Shown: positions 1 through 13,902, counted from the first letter of the stretch. The stretch: DNA of 64,000 nucleotides from Octopus vulgaris (GCA_951406725.2 OX597815.1:90830001-90894000); one strand, 5' to 3'. Made by a program: numbers and translations. The notes: a model not told the origin generated them from the sequence alone.

Positions 1-120
<120 letters not shown>

Positions 121-1060
121 AACCTTTGGCAAGAAAAACCTTTCAATGGCAAATACCCAAAGAGAGCGAATAATGCAGATGCTGACAAAGCCCTGACCCA
201 TCAATGGCTAATGGCCTCTGGCTTAAAATCTGAAACAGAAGGGTTTATCATAGTAGCTGAAGGAACTACCAGGCCACCATATTAAAGAAAGGCAGTAACC
301 CAACTTGTCGCGTATGTCAACAACAAAATGAAACCATTGATCATGTTGTCTCCAAGTGCAGTCTTCTTGCGCCTACAGAGTATCTCAACAGGCATGATAG
401 AGCTGCACAATATATTCACTGGGTAATTTGCAAAAGCCTGGAATTGCCCCATGATAAAAACTGGTGGGAACACAAACCACCTCCAGTGCTTGAAAATGAC
501 CACATCTCACTCCTCTGGAACTTCACCATTCAAACTGACAGAAAGATAGACGCGAATAGGCCAGACATCATATTAAAAGACTTCAGACAAAAAACATGCC
601 TCCTCATTGATATGACTGTCCCAATCGATATAAACGTATCTGTCAAGACCTACCAGAAACTGAGCAAATATAAAGATCTGGAAATAGAAATCAGCAAAAT
701 GTGGAACCTGAAGACTAAAACAATACCTGTTGTCATAGGTACCCTGGGAATGATAGCAAAAGGGGCTAATTGCTACCTAACTCAGATACCAGGAAACCCA
801 AAAATGACAGAAATTCAAAGGATAGTGCTCATGGGAACTGCTCATATACTAAGTAAAATACTTTCTATGTAATCTCAAGATTTAGAACAAACATAATTTT
901 TGTATGGTTTTTTAGGCATTCACTAGTACAACACTAAGTACAAACCCAAATACATGGCAGCCTAGGCATAACACCAACATGAACTTCCAGCTTGTTGTCT
1001 CTTGAGGTCTCTGGGTGAAACTTGGAGCCAGCTTGTACAAATGTAAGGCAAAAGTCAAAC

Positions 1061-1062
<2 letters not shown>
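121..1062 (+). mobile_element. 5'-truncated R4/Dong-like RLE non-LTR retrotransposon, copy 1
   Basis: WLMASGLKSETEGFI, CCHC knuckle CRVCQQQNETIDHVVSKC, RLE motifs RPDIILKD..DMTVP..KLSKYKDL (ORF 444-872), ~190-bp 3' UTR, then (TAA)n at 1063-1139. Confidence 0.9.
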
Positions 1063-1137
<75 letters not shown>

Positions 1138-1139
1138 TA

Positions 1140-1985
1140 AAGATAAAGCACAATACAAGCAACTGAAAACGAATAAAACAGAAAATAGGTGGGTAAAGAA
1201 AAGTATGCATGGACAATTACATAGGAATGTTGAAGATAAGAGAGACAGAGAAAAAATGGCTATGGATGACTAAAAGTGATTTAAAAGCAGAAATGGAGGC
1301 AAGTACTAAGAACAAACTATATAAAATACAGAGTGATAAGTGCAGAATCTCTGGACAAACTGGTGAAACCGTATGGCATATTACCAGCCAATCTACGCAC
1401 GCCACTAGCTCAGAAGAAATATAAGAGACGCCGCACCAATATAGCAAGACTTGTCCATTGGACACTTTGCAACAAGTATGGACTTGACAGGGCAAAAAAT
1501 TGATATGACCATAAACCCGAAGGCATCATGGAAAATGATAATACAAAGATCCTGTGGGATTTTATGATTCAGCACGACCATGAGATAGAGAATAGGAAGC
1601 CAGACATAGTCTTAATTGAGAAAGAAAGTAAACTATGCTGGATCATAGATATAGCATACCCAGCTGACAACAAGGTAAGCGATAAAGAAGAAAGAAATAC
1701 ATATGACAGGTTAGCTTGGGAGGTTAAGCATTTGTTGACGATGAAAAAGGTGGTTGTAGTACCAATATTTGTCGGAGCCCTGGGAGCAGTGAGAAAAATC
1801 TTGAGAAGTACATGGAACAAATAGGAGCTGCAATAAGGGTAGAGCATTTGCAGAAAACAGCACTGCTTGCAACCGCTCGAATACTCCGGAAGGTGGTCCA
1901 AAAATAAGAGGTGTTACCTTAGTTCACAGCTACAGAACAGCTGACACCGTAGTACATCTCCAGCGTTAGAAACTGTGCAAAGGCA

Positions 1986-1988
<3 letters not shown>
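1140..1988 (+). mobile_element. 5'-truncated R4/Dong-like element, copy 2 (frameshifted)
   Basis: KCRISGQTGETVWHIT knuckle remnant; ENDNTKILWDFMIQHDHEIENRKPDIVLIEK..IDIAYP RLE (ORF 1528-1824); followed by (TAA)n. Confidence 0.88.
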
Positions 1989-2067
<79 letters not shown>

Positions 2068-2400
2068 CAATAATAATAACAATAATAATAATTATTATTA
2101 TTATAATTATAATAAGGAGAAGAAGAAGAACCAGAACAACAACAACAATAGCAAAGAAGAAGAAGAAGAAGAAGAAGAAGAAGAAGAAGAAGAAGGAGGA
2201 GGAGGAGGAGGAGGAGGAGAGGAAGAAGAAGAAGGAGGAGAAGAGGGAGAAGAAGAAGAAGAAGAAGAAGAAGAAGAAGAAGAAGAAGGAGAAGAAGAAG
2301 AAGAAGAAGAAGGAGAAGAAGAAAAAGAAGAAGAAGAAGAAGGAGAAGAAGAAGAAGGAGAAGAAGAAGAAGGAGAAGAAGAAGAAGAAGAAGAAGAAGA
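1989..2400. repeat. Compound (TAA)n/(CAA)n/(GAA,GGA)n microsatellite
   Basis: Direct reading. Confidence 0.97.
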
Positions 2401-2725
2401 GGAATTGGAGCACTGAGTAAGATAAAAAAGGTATGAGCAAAAATATAGAAGCTATAGCTGGATACTCAACACTACATACTATTCAAAAAATAGCCCAGCT
2501 AGGAACAGTCTACATCTTACCGACAGCATTATTAATTTAATCGCTAGATGTACTCAACATGCCGGATACCCGTCAGAACACAACTCCCATTACGCACAAT
2601 ACAAAGACTAATACAACAAAATACTTCAACCAAACCCCATACCAAAGCAATGTGATTTCTATTCTCCCAACAACAAAAAACGCACCTCGGCAACACTGTG
2701 ATGCAGGAAAAACTTACCTGAAACT
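2401..2725 (+). mobile_element. Very short R4/Dong-like 3' end, copy 3
   Basis: GIGALSKI.., 1-nt frameshift, then GMSKNIEAIAG...IQKIAQLGTVYIL, matching the C-terminus of copy 1 (IQRIVLMGTAHIL); the rest is a putative 3' UTR. Confidence 0.65.
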
Positions 2726-2729
2726 ATCA

Positions 2730-3692
2730 AATGCCGTGGAGCTATTGATATAAAAAGGGCCGTGCAGCCAAAGTTGGACCAGGTAAAGAAGGTTGGCGTC
2801 ATCAACACTGAGAATTGTGTAATGAAAGAAAAATTTAAAGAGGAAAAGGAAACACAAAAATGAAGGAAAAATGGAGAGAAAAATGTACGGACAGTTTGCG
2901 AGAGATACGAACGCCAAGGCAGATACAGAAGACCGGTGGCTTTGGTTGAGGAGGAATGGCCTGAAGATAGAGACAGAAGCACTTACATGTGCAGCTCAGG
3001 AACAAGTGTTAAAAACCAACTATGCGAAGTACAGAATAGACAAGGGTACCGATAGCGACAAATGCAGAATGTGTTGTGAGAGGAATTGAACTGTGTGGCA
3101 CATCGTTAGCGAATACCCGAAATTGGCACAACACGAATACAAAAGACGATTTGATAATGTGGCAAGAATGATCCATTGGGAGCTCTGTAAAAATCACGGC
3201 CTACAAATAGCAAAGACGTGATATGAGGAAAGCCCAGGAGTCACCGAGAATGAGAATCGCAAAATCTTGTGGGATGCAATGATTCAGTGTGATTACTTCA
3301 CCAGACATCGGAAACTGGACATTATTGTGGTGAATAAAAAAGAAAGAACATGCATGATAATGGACAAAGCATATCCCGGTGCCAACAAGATCAAAGATAT
3401 GATGAAAAAATAAACAACTACGACGATTTGAAGTGGGAAATATGAAGGCTGTGGTCAATGAAGAGAGTAGACGTGATACCAATAGCAATTGGCTCCCATT
3501 GAAGTATCTGCACTCAATTACCAACATGACTCAAAAAGATTTGTACAAACATCAACATTGCTTGAAACTGCAAGAATTCTTCACAGGGTTCTTGAAGCAC
3601 GACCAGTAAACAAGTATCGCCTTAGTCTGTCGGCTGTGGACAGCTGATCCTTTCCATCATACCCAGTAAAATAAGCTGTGAGTTTTCATCAC
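2730..3692 (+). mobile_element. 5'-truncated R4/Dong-like element, copy 4 (degenerate)
   Basis: MYGQF..WLWLRRNGLKIETEALTCAAQEQVLKTN..KCRMC..TVWHIVS; ENENRKILWDAMIQCD..RKLDIIVV; followed by (TAA)n at 3693-3745. Confidence 0.88.
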
Positions 3693-3745
<53 letters not shown>

Positions 3746-3746
<1 letters not shown>

Positions 3747-3853
3747 GCATGTGCCTGGTGTACCTTTATCAGACGGGTAGTCACGATGGGTATATTGGGC
3801 TTCGTATATTTTACCCCAGTGTCACTTTGATGGCATGCACTGCTCTCTCACTC
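3746..3853 (+). mobile_element. ~108-bp retroposon 3' end embedded in (TAA)n
   Basis: Complex sequence ending ctctctcactc, with (TAA)n on both sides. Confidence 0.45.
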
Positions 3854-3886
3854 AATAATAATAATAATAATGATGATGATGATAAA

Positions 3887-3948
<62 letters not shown>

Positions 3949-3970
3949 CGTTGACGATGATGACGTTGAC

Positions 3971-4004
<34 letters not shown>

Positions 4005-4036
4005 ATGATGATGATGATAGCGATGTAGATGATGAT
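3854..4036. repeat. (AAT)n/(GAT)n microsatellite
   Basis: Direct reading; source of the poly-D and poly-H ORFs. Confidence 0.95.
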
Positions 4037-4899
4037 AAACCACTTTTTGCCCGAAGAGTTTTAGAAGAATGTAACAAAAATGTGAGCGTTAGCTATAACA
4101 ATATCAGTAATAGAACGGTGAAACACAGCAGAGAACCAGAAAAATGGCAATGCTACAATCGACAACAATAACAAAATAAACGACATCAACAAACCCAACA
4201 AGAACAGAGACAACAACAAAGTCAAGAAGAACGTAATGTAAAGTGGAAGAGATAATATGTTAACATTAACAACTAAAAGGCAGAGGATGTCTGTGAAATT
4301 TTGAACAAAACAGCACCAACATCATTACGACCAGCAACAACAACAACAAAATAACAGAAAACAGAAAACACTTATAGTAGTGACAGAAGCAACAGGAAAA
4401 ATTAAAAACGCCAACAAAAACAACAGCAGCAATAGCAATAAAGAAAACAACAAAAATACCAAGACTAGTGGCTTTATTTTCAAGAACCATCGCCATCTGG
4501 TCTGAACATTAGCTTCAGTTCAAATATTAATATATAAGGCAAAGGAAACATTATATAAAGATTTTTTGGTGTGATAGTGCTTCCATTGGAGTAGCTAAAT
4601 CATTCACTAAGAAGCTCAAGTGCATAAATAGAAAAACAAAAAGGATGTAGAACATTTCTTATGGAGGTAGAAAAGTGACTGGAAAATGTGTCTCAGAGGA
4701 ATTTTAGTACTTTACTCTCCCATTAATTTCGGAAGAATTTACTCTAATACATAACTATATAGGACTTCGCTGTAATAAAGAACCGTTCGTAATGCATCAC
4801 CAAATTTAGACCAATGCATTGTAGGAGCCATAATAGAAGCGGGGTTTTAAAGTTTTCAGTCTTCCTTCGATAAAAAACATCTGCCAACTCAGTAAAGAG

Positions 4900-6250
4900 G
4901 GGAAAATTGATCCATTCACACATCAACATGCAAAAATTTTACAATGAGAAAAAAATATTTTATCGGAAAACACACACATTGAATTAGATATATTTAATGA
5001 CACAGCTGACAAGAGCACAACACGGTTCATATGATAACAGTTTCTTTGGTCAACGGCAATAACAAGCATATTTTTCATTAACATAAACGTCAAGCTGTGA
5101 GATCGAATTCATAATCACAGAAAACGTTACCAGCCTTTCCATCTTTCGCTGGAGATACGTTACACAAACTGTCTCTAGATATGAGTTACTACTGGAGAAA
5201 AGTCAGTCAATCTGGTAGAGATGTTTGACAAGGGCAAGTGCATCTATGTATCTTATCCAGAAGTGAATAAAAGCAAAATAAATTATCTCTGCATCTCGAA
5301 AGGTAGAACGGCTTTTCACATATCCACAAAGAATAATGTTACGTGATCCTAGTCAGTGTGTGAAATTGCGTCTCCTCTGTTAATAAACGAAGAAACTATA
5401 AAAGAATATGCGTAATATTCAAAATGGGAGCGGGTGAAAAAGAAAAACAAAAGCAAGCCGAGCTATTGCGTTACAATTACTAAGCAACTCGTATAACGAT
5501 TCTGAGCAACTGAACCCATACTGGCTCCCGGAAAGACAGAATAACACTGAACTGGAATAATCATTTTACGAGTAACATTTGTTATCGGAGGAATACATCC
5601 AAAACGAAGAGGGCGTTCATATGCCTACAAAAAGTACATCGATGATGTAGTTTCCATCGACCGAGGGGAGACATATTGTAATACATGCTTAATATTAAGA
5701 GTAAGAAGACGGTGAGGTGACAGGCCGAGTTGGTACGTCACACATCTACCCTCAAATTAGTACCGTAATATATAGATCCAAGAATTCAAATACTACCTTC
5801 AGGAATATTGATAGGGATTTGGTAGTTGACTATTCATTATCTTTGTGGCAAAGCATGGTCATTTAGTGAGCTGAGACGTAATAAGACATACTATGAGGTT
5901 GGCTGGAATATGCATGGTCATGAAAATACTTATGTCCGCCAAAAAGAACGGGAAAAAAATGAATAACAACCAGGAGCTGAGCAAAAGAGGTGAGAGGGGA
6001 CTTATCTTCAGCAAGTTGCATTGAAGCTTCAGGTACTTAGCACAACAGAGAAAATATATATAAAGAACCTATACGAGTAATTCGGGATAAATTCAGTACA
6101 GATGAACAAAGTGATAATCTCTGATTACGAGCAGTAGGTGAAAGACACGATATTAACAAAAACCGAAGAACAAAGCAGTTAAAAGCAATGCTTAAACCAT
6201 TAACAAGGTGTTGGTATTTTCTTGACCGTTTTAACTCGCCCATATCACTT
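4900..6250 (+). mobile_element. Highly decayed Penelope-like RT region
   Basis: Motif remnants in the correct order: GFSHIHKE..ILVS (~5310-5360; cf. GLPKIHK..RPIVS), YIQNEEGVHM (~5595; cf. YxQxxGvaMG), YK-YIDDV (~5627-5650). Confidence 0.5.
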
Positions 6251-6617
6251 GGAATGAGCTATTTCGTAGAACTCAAGTCAATTTGAATGATTGTCGTGAG
6301 ATATGATCTGGACTGTAGGAGCAAAGGTAGAGGTTTTTCTCGCGCGCACCAGCTGTCTACCATATTTTCTTTATATGATGTAATTTTAAAAAAATTATAC
6401 CAGTGTTTTATATATTTATTTATTTTGTGAAATTACTGTGTTTGACTTTTAAAAAAATTACATTGCCTTATATACATAATTTTGTCTCCATCCATGTAAA
6501 GGATAGAGACAAATTGTTTTATATGTTTTGTAATACTCTTGAAATTCGTTCATTGTACGTACAAATGGTACCGGTAGCAAATTAATTTATCATCACAATC
6601 ACCATTTTCAATATTAT

Positions 6618-6618
<1 letters not shown>

Positions 6619-6654
<36 letters not shown>

Positions 6655-6681
6655 GCTGTTGCTGTTGTTGCTGCTGTTGTT
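6619..6681. repeat. (GTT/GCT)n microsatellite
   Basis: Direct reading. Confidence 0.95.
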
Positions 6682-7579
6682 TCATGAAGTCTGCGAGCCA
6701 TGTTGTCTCATCATTCCACAAAGTTTGCTAAAATTATTGTTATTTATTTATTTATTTATTGTAACCTGGGAAAGCACAGTAAAAGCTCCGAGGAAAGAAT
6801 AACAGATGCAGGTAGCAAATTCAGAATTGAATACATTTTGGAATAGTGAGAAAAGATGGAGAGAAGAGTGTTTAAACGACGTGAGCGATATGTCAATGAG
6901 ACCACCATCGCTACCCTTTTCAACATCTGTACTGCCAAGCAGTAGAAGTGAAAGGTTTTTTCGGCGCCAACATTAATTATAACTGCAACCAAAAAGGACA
7001 GGTTTAATGACAATCATCACCACCACCCTACCAGGATACTCTATGACCATCATCAACAACAACAATACCTGAACTACAAATGCCGCCTGCAGCCAAAAGA
7101 GTTGTGACGGCAACGTGACTACTATCAGCAACAACAAAGCAAAACCAACAGCAAGACAGAAAAAATAAGGAACAGTTATAAGAACAGTAAACATTAACGT
7201 TAATAGACGCGCACTTATGTGAAACTAATATTTTATTCACAGAAATACAGGACCACCGTTTGTCAATATAGAAATAATGTACCAGAATTTATTCACTGGT
7301 GTAAGCTATAAAATGCGTGTAAATTTTTTGTGTTACCAGGGTGTCATACGTGCCTCCTGGGTTGATACTAGAGCGTTTCCATAATGTGTACAGCTACTTC
7401 GTCCTTCTGTGAAAGTTAGTGTGAAAGTAAATAACTGAATGAAAGTACTAAGGAACACTAGCTAGTGACTTCTCCCTACAGTTTACTTCGTAAGATGAGC
7501 AAGAGAATGTAACTAAATGACGGATTGCCTTCAGAAGTTAATCTTTGTTGTTGTTGTTGTTGTTGTTGTTGTCTTGGTC

Positions 7580-7810
7580 GTTGTTTAGTTATAAGTCGAC
7601 CATGATCAATCATACCTATGATCAAAGGTATTCCAGCTATAACCATCCCATGGATTTTTCCATGTCTACGTTAACGTAACTCTCAGAGTTTATTTTTTTA
7701 TTTTTATTGATTTTATTAGTTTGTGCTTGGAAAATAGCGAGGTACTACGTGAAGAAGGCTTGGTTAATTTTTAGCCGGTGGACTGACTACATAGGAGAGG
7801 CTCTCTGTTT
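7580..7810 (+). mobile_element. Dispersed short repeat (SINE-like fragment)
   Basis: Motif ctatgatcaaaggtattccagc..accatcc; diverged relatives at ~12860-12940 (opposite strand), ~52310-52500 and ~57060-57150. Confidence 0.45.
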
Positions 7811-9480
7811 GCTCACTCCTATTGGTCAATGTTATGAATGATTTATATTTCAAATAGCCTAGTATTGATGTGAAATTATTATAGTTGTATTCTACACATT
7901 TGCTATGTTAAATAAATTATGGGAGTGGGTGTTTCATTTACCTAATGTTGTTACTTTCGTAGTTCATTAAAATATATTTCTTTATTAAGTGTAACTAATT
8001 TGTGCAAGTATATCTAAAAGGACTCACCGAGTATTTCTAAAGTTTTAAAAGTGCTAATTAATTTCTAAACTTGATTATTTCTATAGTTTATAAAATATTT
8101 GATTTCTCATTAATTGCAAGTTATATTTGTGGTTTTACATATCTATATATTAACTGCAGTTTTTTTTGCGTTATTGTGAAAAGAATTCAGTTAAAGTGTT
8201 TGTGTTTCTAGATTAAATGTTTATGTTTATTTGGATATCTTAGCCACACTATTTCTAAATATCCAACATAATCTCCTCTTTGTATGCACAATTCTTAAAA
8301 GGGTCTTGAAAGGTCTTGGAAGGGCGATAAATATAAAAGTTATTATGGATCTGGCAACTTCTATTTTTGCATACATTCCAGAATACTTGCAATATTAGGA
8401 ATTATTATGCATTATAAGGTCACATGGGTTAATGGCTCAATAAAAATATAAGTGATAACCTGTCTCTTATGCTGCTGCAGCTATACTCCCTTTTATAACA
8501 CTGCCATGAATATTTTCTTTTATACGTCAAGAAGTATGTAATATATTTTTATAGGCACATTTATAAGTGTGGGGTGTCTTTGTCTATTTCATTTGAATTT
8601 TTATTAGCTTCTACAGATGCATACATTTTAATTTCGATGTTTGTTTTCAATTCGTGGGTAAGATAATTAGATCAGCTAAAATCACATAGGCTGAGCAGAA
8701 AGAAAAGGAACCATTAAGAAATAATTCTAGCAGCAGCCATTTTAATTCTAGTTGGAATTCTTCTACAGCCATGAACGTATACATCTCAAATGGAGAATTT
8801 CATATAGATTAAAAACTTTGAGCTTGTTACTTGAAGACAATCACTCAAATTCAAACTTGATATGTACTTCATATTTATGGTGTGTCGTATCACATTAACT
8901 GAAGAATAAAACTACCTTACTTATCTTTTAGCTTACATATGAATTTTTAGTATCACAAGGTTTTAGCGAAGGAAAATAGTGGCTTCCACATTCTTGAGCT
9001 AAAGAGCAGAGTCTGTTTATCATGGAGATATATCTATATATATTATTGTGCAGATGATTCACGTAATAGATGGTGAAAATGAAACAAAGTTGTACGAAGC
9101 TTATTAAATATATGTATGTGATTATATGCATATATATTCGCGTGTCCTTGTTTGTATGAGTTCCTATGTGTTTACATGTTGTCGCTACATCACTGTACCT
9201 TTTGAAATGGAAGCAGGTTGAAACGGTCTCTAAAAAGGTAAAAATTAAAATTAGCACTTTTATCAACCAGTCTTATAGATAACAGCAGATTAAAATATTA
9301 TGAAATATAGAAATGCTATAAATAATTACTAAATGTGGGAAAAGATAACAGTGTCAAATAAGCGCTAGTACTGACTATACAAGATGTCAATTTTTATATA
9401 AGCACACATATATATACAACTTTAAATATGTGCGTGTATGTGTACGTCTCAATTCATTTGTATATTTAAGTTTGTATGTT

Positions 9481-9512
<32 letters not shown>

Positions 9513-9679
9513 TGTATGTATGTATGTATGTATGTATGTATAAGTATAGAAAGCAGTTATATCATGGTTTGCCTCTAAACATTTCGGGAATATAATTTCA
9601 TACTAAACAAGCTAAATGTTCCTTTAAACAATATACACCATGATCCTAACAGTTTAAGATATACGGTGTTTTTTAATAT

Positions 9680-10170
9680 AAAACTTGGTTAAAACTCAGA
9701 TACGTGCTTGATGACGCTTCAGATGTCGTTTACATAAAGTATTAGAAGTGGACACTAAACAATCCGTAGAGGGAGCACCGACGGTGACATTTGCCGGGTT
9801 TGAGTGGATTCCATTGATCACATTAGTGGGCTGTCTTCGCCAGTAAATACTCTGTACAACTCTGCGGTTTTACACGGATTCCTGAATTAGACAATTTTAA
9901 CAGGTGGATGTTGTTGTCGACTTTGTCGAGGGCTTTGCTGAAGTCAAGATATATAACATCAGAATTCAATCTGTTTCCAAAATCTTAAGGAGATTTTCAA
10001 TAGGATGCAAATGTTGTGTTAGGAAGTCACCCCTGTCTCAGCGAATGCCATGCTGATTGACATTTAGAAGATTGTGACTCTCCAAAAATCCAGTTATCAT
10101 TGGTTTCCACACCCTTCCAAACACTTTGATGATATGTGAGGCAAATAAGACTGGACGATAGTTAACAGCT
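9680..10170 (-). mobile_element. CR1/L2-group LINE RT fragment
   Basis: Minus strand: NYRPVLFASHIIKVF..NQHGIR..DVIYLDFSKALDKVD..INGIHSNPANVTVGAP..LYVNDI. Confidence 0.85.
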
Positions 10171-10644
10171 AGAAACCATATACGCAGCGACTAGCCGATA
10201 TATAAATATTAAAAAGTAAAGTATTACATGACTTATGTAGTAAACAGTAAACATCATTGGTAGATGACGCTGCAAATTTCTCAATATCTTCTCATGAGAA
10301 AGAACACTGAGAAAGGCAGCAATATTGAAGATTATTTTTCCGTTAAGATGGAAATACGAAATAAATTTTCTCTTATTTAAGAAAATACGATAATGATAAA
10401 TGAAGCGGAATCCCTTTACCATAAACAAGTCATTTTCTACCACATTAGACCGGGAATTAGTAATTTATTTTTCTGTGCTAATAAGTTTATAGCAATTATA
10501 TCTTGGTCATCCTAGCTAATATTTTATTGCGACTAAGACAAGTCTTTGATTTATTCAAACAGCCGTTAATATATGAATACACACATATTTATGCACATCT
10601 TGTTATACACATATACGTACACATATTTATGTACGGCTCTAATT

Positions 10645-10676
10645 CTCTCCCTCTCTCTTTCTCTCTTTCTCTCTTA

Positions 10677-10767
<91 letters not shown>

Positions 10768-10945
10768 ATGTATGTATATGTGCGTGTGTGTGCGTGTATG
10801 TATGTGTATATAAATATTTATATATGCACGTATATGTATATATTTATACATATATGTGTGTGCGCGCCTGTGTGTGTTTATTTGTGTGTGTATGCTTGTG
10901 TATGTAATCTACACACACAGATATATATTTACGCACACACGCAAA
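10645..10945. repeat. Compound (TC)n/(TA)n/(TG)n microsatellite
   Basis: Direct reading. Confidence 0.95.
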
Positions 10946-11969
10946 TAAAATACAAATTTAACTACCTACAATTAAGAAGGGAAATTGTTGTCACTGTGGT
11001 TTATGTCCTTTTTTTCATCTTCTGTAAATGTGAATTAAAAGTTATTTTATTAATGTCCACAATTTTTTTTTCCGGCGCAAGAAAAATCATAAATCTTCAT
11101 ATTGAAGCTTTATTATTCAGTTCGAAATTGACATGATAGATTTTACTTCCTTTTTTTAATTATACATTTTAAATCAAAATTGATAGTCATATAAAGAGCA
11201 CATTTCTAAACAGATATCAAGTAACATAAATGAATAAGCAAATAAATATGTAAATAAACAAATAAATGATATTGTACTTTTCGTGTAAAAAATTCTTGAA
11301 TCTTGACCGCGAATATATATTTTCTTTTTATATCTTTGAACTGTTTTGAGCGTCTGGGTGGTGATGTTACTAAGCAGGCTCGTTACATAATTATAGCCAA
11401 ATAAAGGCAGATAAACCAATTTTTCAACAAACAGCTCACTAAGTATAACCAAACATTAATTGAACATCCTACTGGCGTCGTATCAGTAAGCTGCGTTTGT
11501 TTGAAAGCCTTACGCCATGTCGATTTACTACTTCCCTGTCTATAAAATGTGTTCTTTAGTAATTGATATTTGTTTTAGCAGGTCTAGCGACTACATACAA
11601 TTTGCTTCATTCGATCGTTTCTCGTATAATTTTGCGTTATGTATTTTATGGTATTACAAATGTTCCTTGTAGTTGCATGGTCAGTCACCTAGAAAGTGTA
11701 CCAATTGTGTGTTTAATGTGGCAGTTAAGGTCAGTCAAATAGTTTACATTTGCCATGTTTACATCTCAATTATAGGAATTACATTAGTCATATGTGGTTC
11801 ATTAACTGGCAGTCGTACTGGCTTGCAGTTTGTTGTACAGTAGAAAATATTTCATATTCGTGTTTTCGCAATATCTTACAGTTAGTCTCAGTTTAATTTC
11901 GATTCTCTTTTTATTTCAATCTTCTAATACACACACGCTCACTCGCATATATACATATATGAGTGTGTG

Positions 11970-11971
<2 letters not shown>

Positions 11972-12020
<49 letters not shown>

Positions 12021-12046
12021 AGAGAGAGAGAGAGAGAGAGAGAGAG
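11972..12046. repeat. (GT)n(GA)n microsatellite
   Basis: Direct reading. Confidence 0.95.
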
Positions 12047-13034
12047 TTGAACATTCTGCTGACCCTATACTTCACTAAAGATATTTGATAATTATGATAG
12101 TGGCGAATTTTATCTCTGCGGTTTAATAATTTTGTTGTCAATATGTCATGAATGAGGTTATAATCTTAGATGAAAAAGATCGGTCCATAATCCTTCACTT
12201 AATGTATTAATTGCATATTTAACATACCTAATTAAAAGTAAATCAACTTAGTGTAGACTCTTCAGTGTTGATTTCCTTGTAATCATTCATTACTGGTAAA
12301 CATTTTAATTATTGCAAATAGATTATATTTCTTTCTGAAATTATAGAACTAACAATAAGTTAAACCTTGTTCTTTTTCCGAAACATTGAGACATCTACTT
12401 AACTTTTACAATTATTACGACTCCAAAGAGATATAAAACTATTTCAAATTAAAATATCACCAGTAAGTTTATTTGTATTTAAAGTTAGGCATTAAACTGT
12501 CTGGCGTAATAAATATTTTTGAAAATCTTCACCTGCATGTATTTAACCAAGGAAAAAGTCTCCTTGCCAAAAGTAATTTTGCTGTAGTATATTCGCCATG
12601 GTTGCGATTTATACGGCAAACATCAAAAGAAAAGAACAGACTGGATATTTTCAATGATTTGATTGAGGTTTCGTAGGATCTCCTAGACATGTAAAATTGA
12701 TACGGTGAATGTAGTCCTTGAACAGTTGAAAGTTGACAGCTGCACGAGGGTTTGGCTACTACGAGAAATAGCAGCCTAATCTTTTTCATCACTATTGTTA
12801 TAAAATAAGAAACATAAGTATCCAAAAATCTTTAGCTTTGGATAAATTGTACCTTAAACACAGACAGGATAGCCATGGCTATAATGACTTTGATATTTGA
12901 TCTGATCACTCAGGATTAATCTGGTGTTAAATAACAACATGAATAGGAAGAGAATTTCAAAGGGTTGATGCTCTGTGGAAGAAATATGGGATGGAGTAAT
13001 TAGTATAGGGCTTTGAATGGATACAATATATATT

Positions 13035-13332
13035 AGTGGAGGTACATGGCCTACTGGTTAGAGCAGCGGACTCGCGGTCGAGGGATCGTGGGTTCGAATC
13101 TCAGACTGGGGGATGTGTGTGTTTATGAGCGAAACACCTAAGCTCCACGCGGCTCCAGCAGAAGATAATGGCGAACTTCTGCTGACTCTTTCACCACAAC
13201 TTTTTCTCACTCTTTCCTCCTACATCTTGCAGCTCACCTGCGACGGACCGGCGTCCCATCCAGGTGGGGAATCCTATACGCCAAGGAAACCGGGGAACCG
13301 GCCCTTATGAGCCAGGCGTGGCTCCAGAAGGA
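13035..13332 (+). mobile_element. tRNA-derived SINE with Meta/V-like central domain and 12-bp TSD
   Basis: A box (tggcctactgg), B box (ggttcgaatc), core cctgcgacggaccggcgtcccatccagg; ACAATATATATT repeated at 13023-13034 and 13333-13344. Confidence 0.85.
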
Positions 13333-13902
13333 ACAATATATATTCTGAGATCATGCTTATTTGGAGTTGTCTTGAAATTAGTTAACTCTAGCGGATGGAA
13401 GTAATTATAAAAGCAGTAGTGGTTAAAAAGACTAAGTGAGAATGCAGCTAAGTGGGGACATTAGTGAGTTATCAACTTCCTCTCTTTAGAGAATATAGTC
13501 TACGATACGCGTATACGTAGGAGCAATATCGTCACAGATGTAGAAGCAACACCATCAGAGAAGTAGAAGCAGTAGTTAACTCTGAATTATACTTGAGCTT
13601 ACTGGTTCTAATCGAACCATCTGTGATGAAATTGCGTACATCGCTGAATTAGGTGTTATTGATTTATTCAAAGTTCTACGACGTGGCGGACAATTGGAAC
13701 TGTATCTCTATGAAATTCTGATGCAGAGAGGAAGAGAGACTGCACGTATCACTAAAACAGTTTGAAAAAATGCTTAATTTCTTCCTCTCTCGCTAGTGTT
13801 TATTAAGAGAGAACACATTGGATAGACTGTCACGAAAACAGATGGGATGATCACCGCTGCAATAATCATCTTGATCATAGGCCTGTTTAATTGCAGATAA
13901 CC

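Noticed and set aside
912-2440. Poly-I, poly-Y and poly-F ORFs (and the many YI, VC, HT, YLSI ORFs across the window)
   Set aside because: They are translations of microsatellites, not genes.
3749-4171. Acidic poly-Asp ORF resembling a biomineralisation protein
   Set aside because: Built from a (GAT)n tract plus a retroposon tail; no signal peptide or splice support.
7860-8900. Possible decayed minus-strand retroelement ORF
   Set aside because: Strand-biased composition only; no diagnostic motif could be read.
9199-9229. Candidate 31-nt minus-strand micro-exon (ctaat..tttttag / aag|gtacag)
   Set aside because: Good acceptor but weak donor and no partner exons; such signals arise by chance in AT-rich DNA.
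13036-13110. tRNA gene
   Set aside because: The tRNA-like head continues into a SINE body with TSDs and has no proper acceptor stem or terminator.
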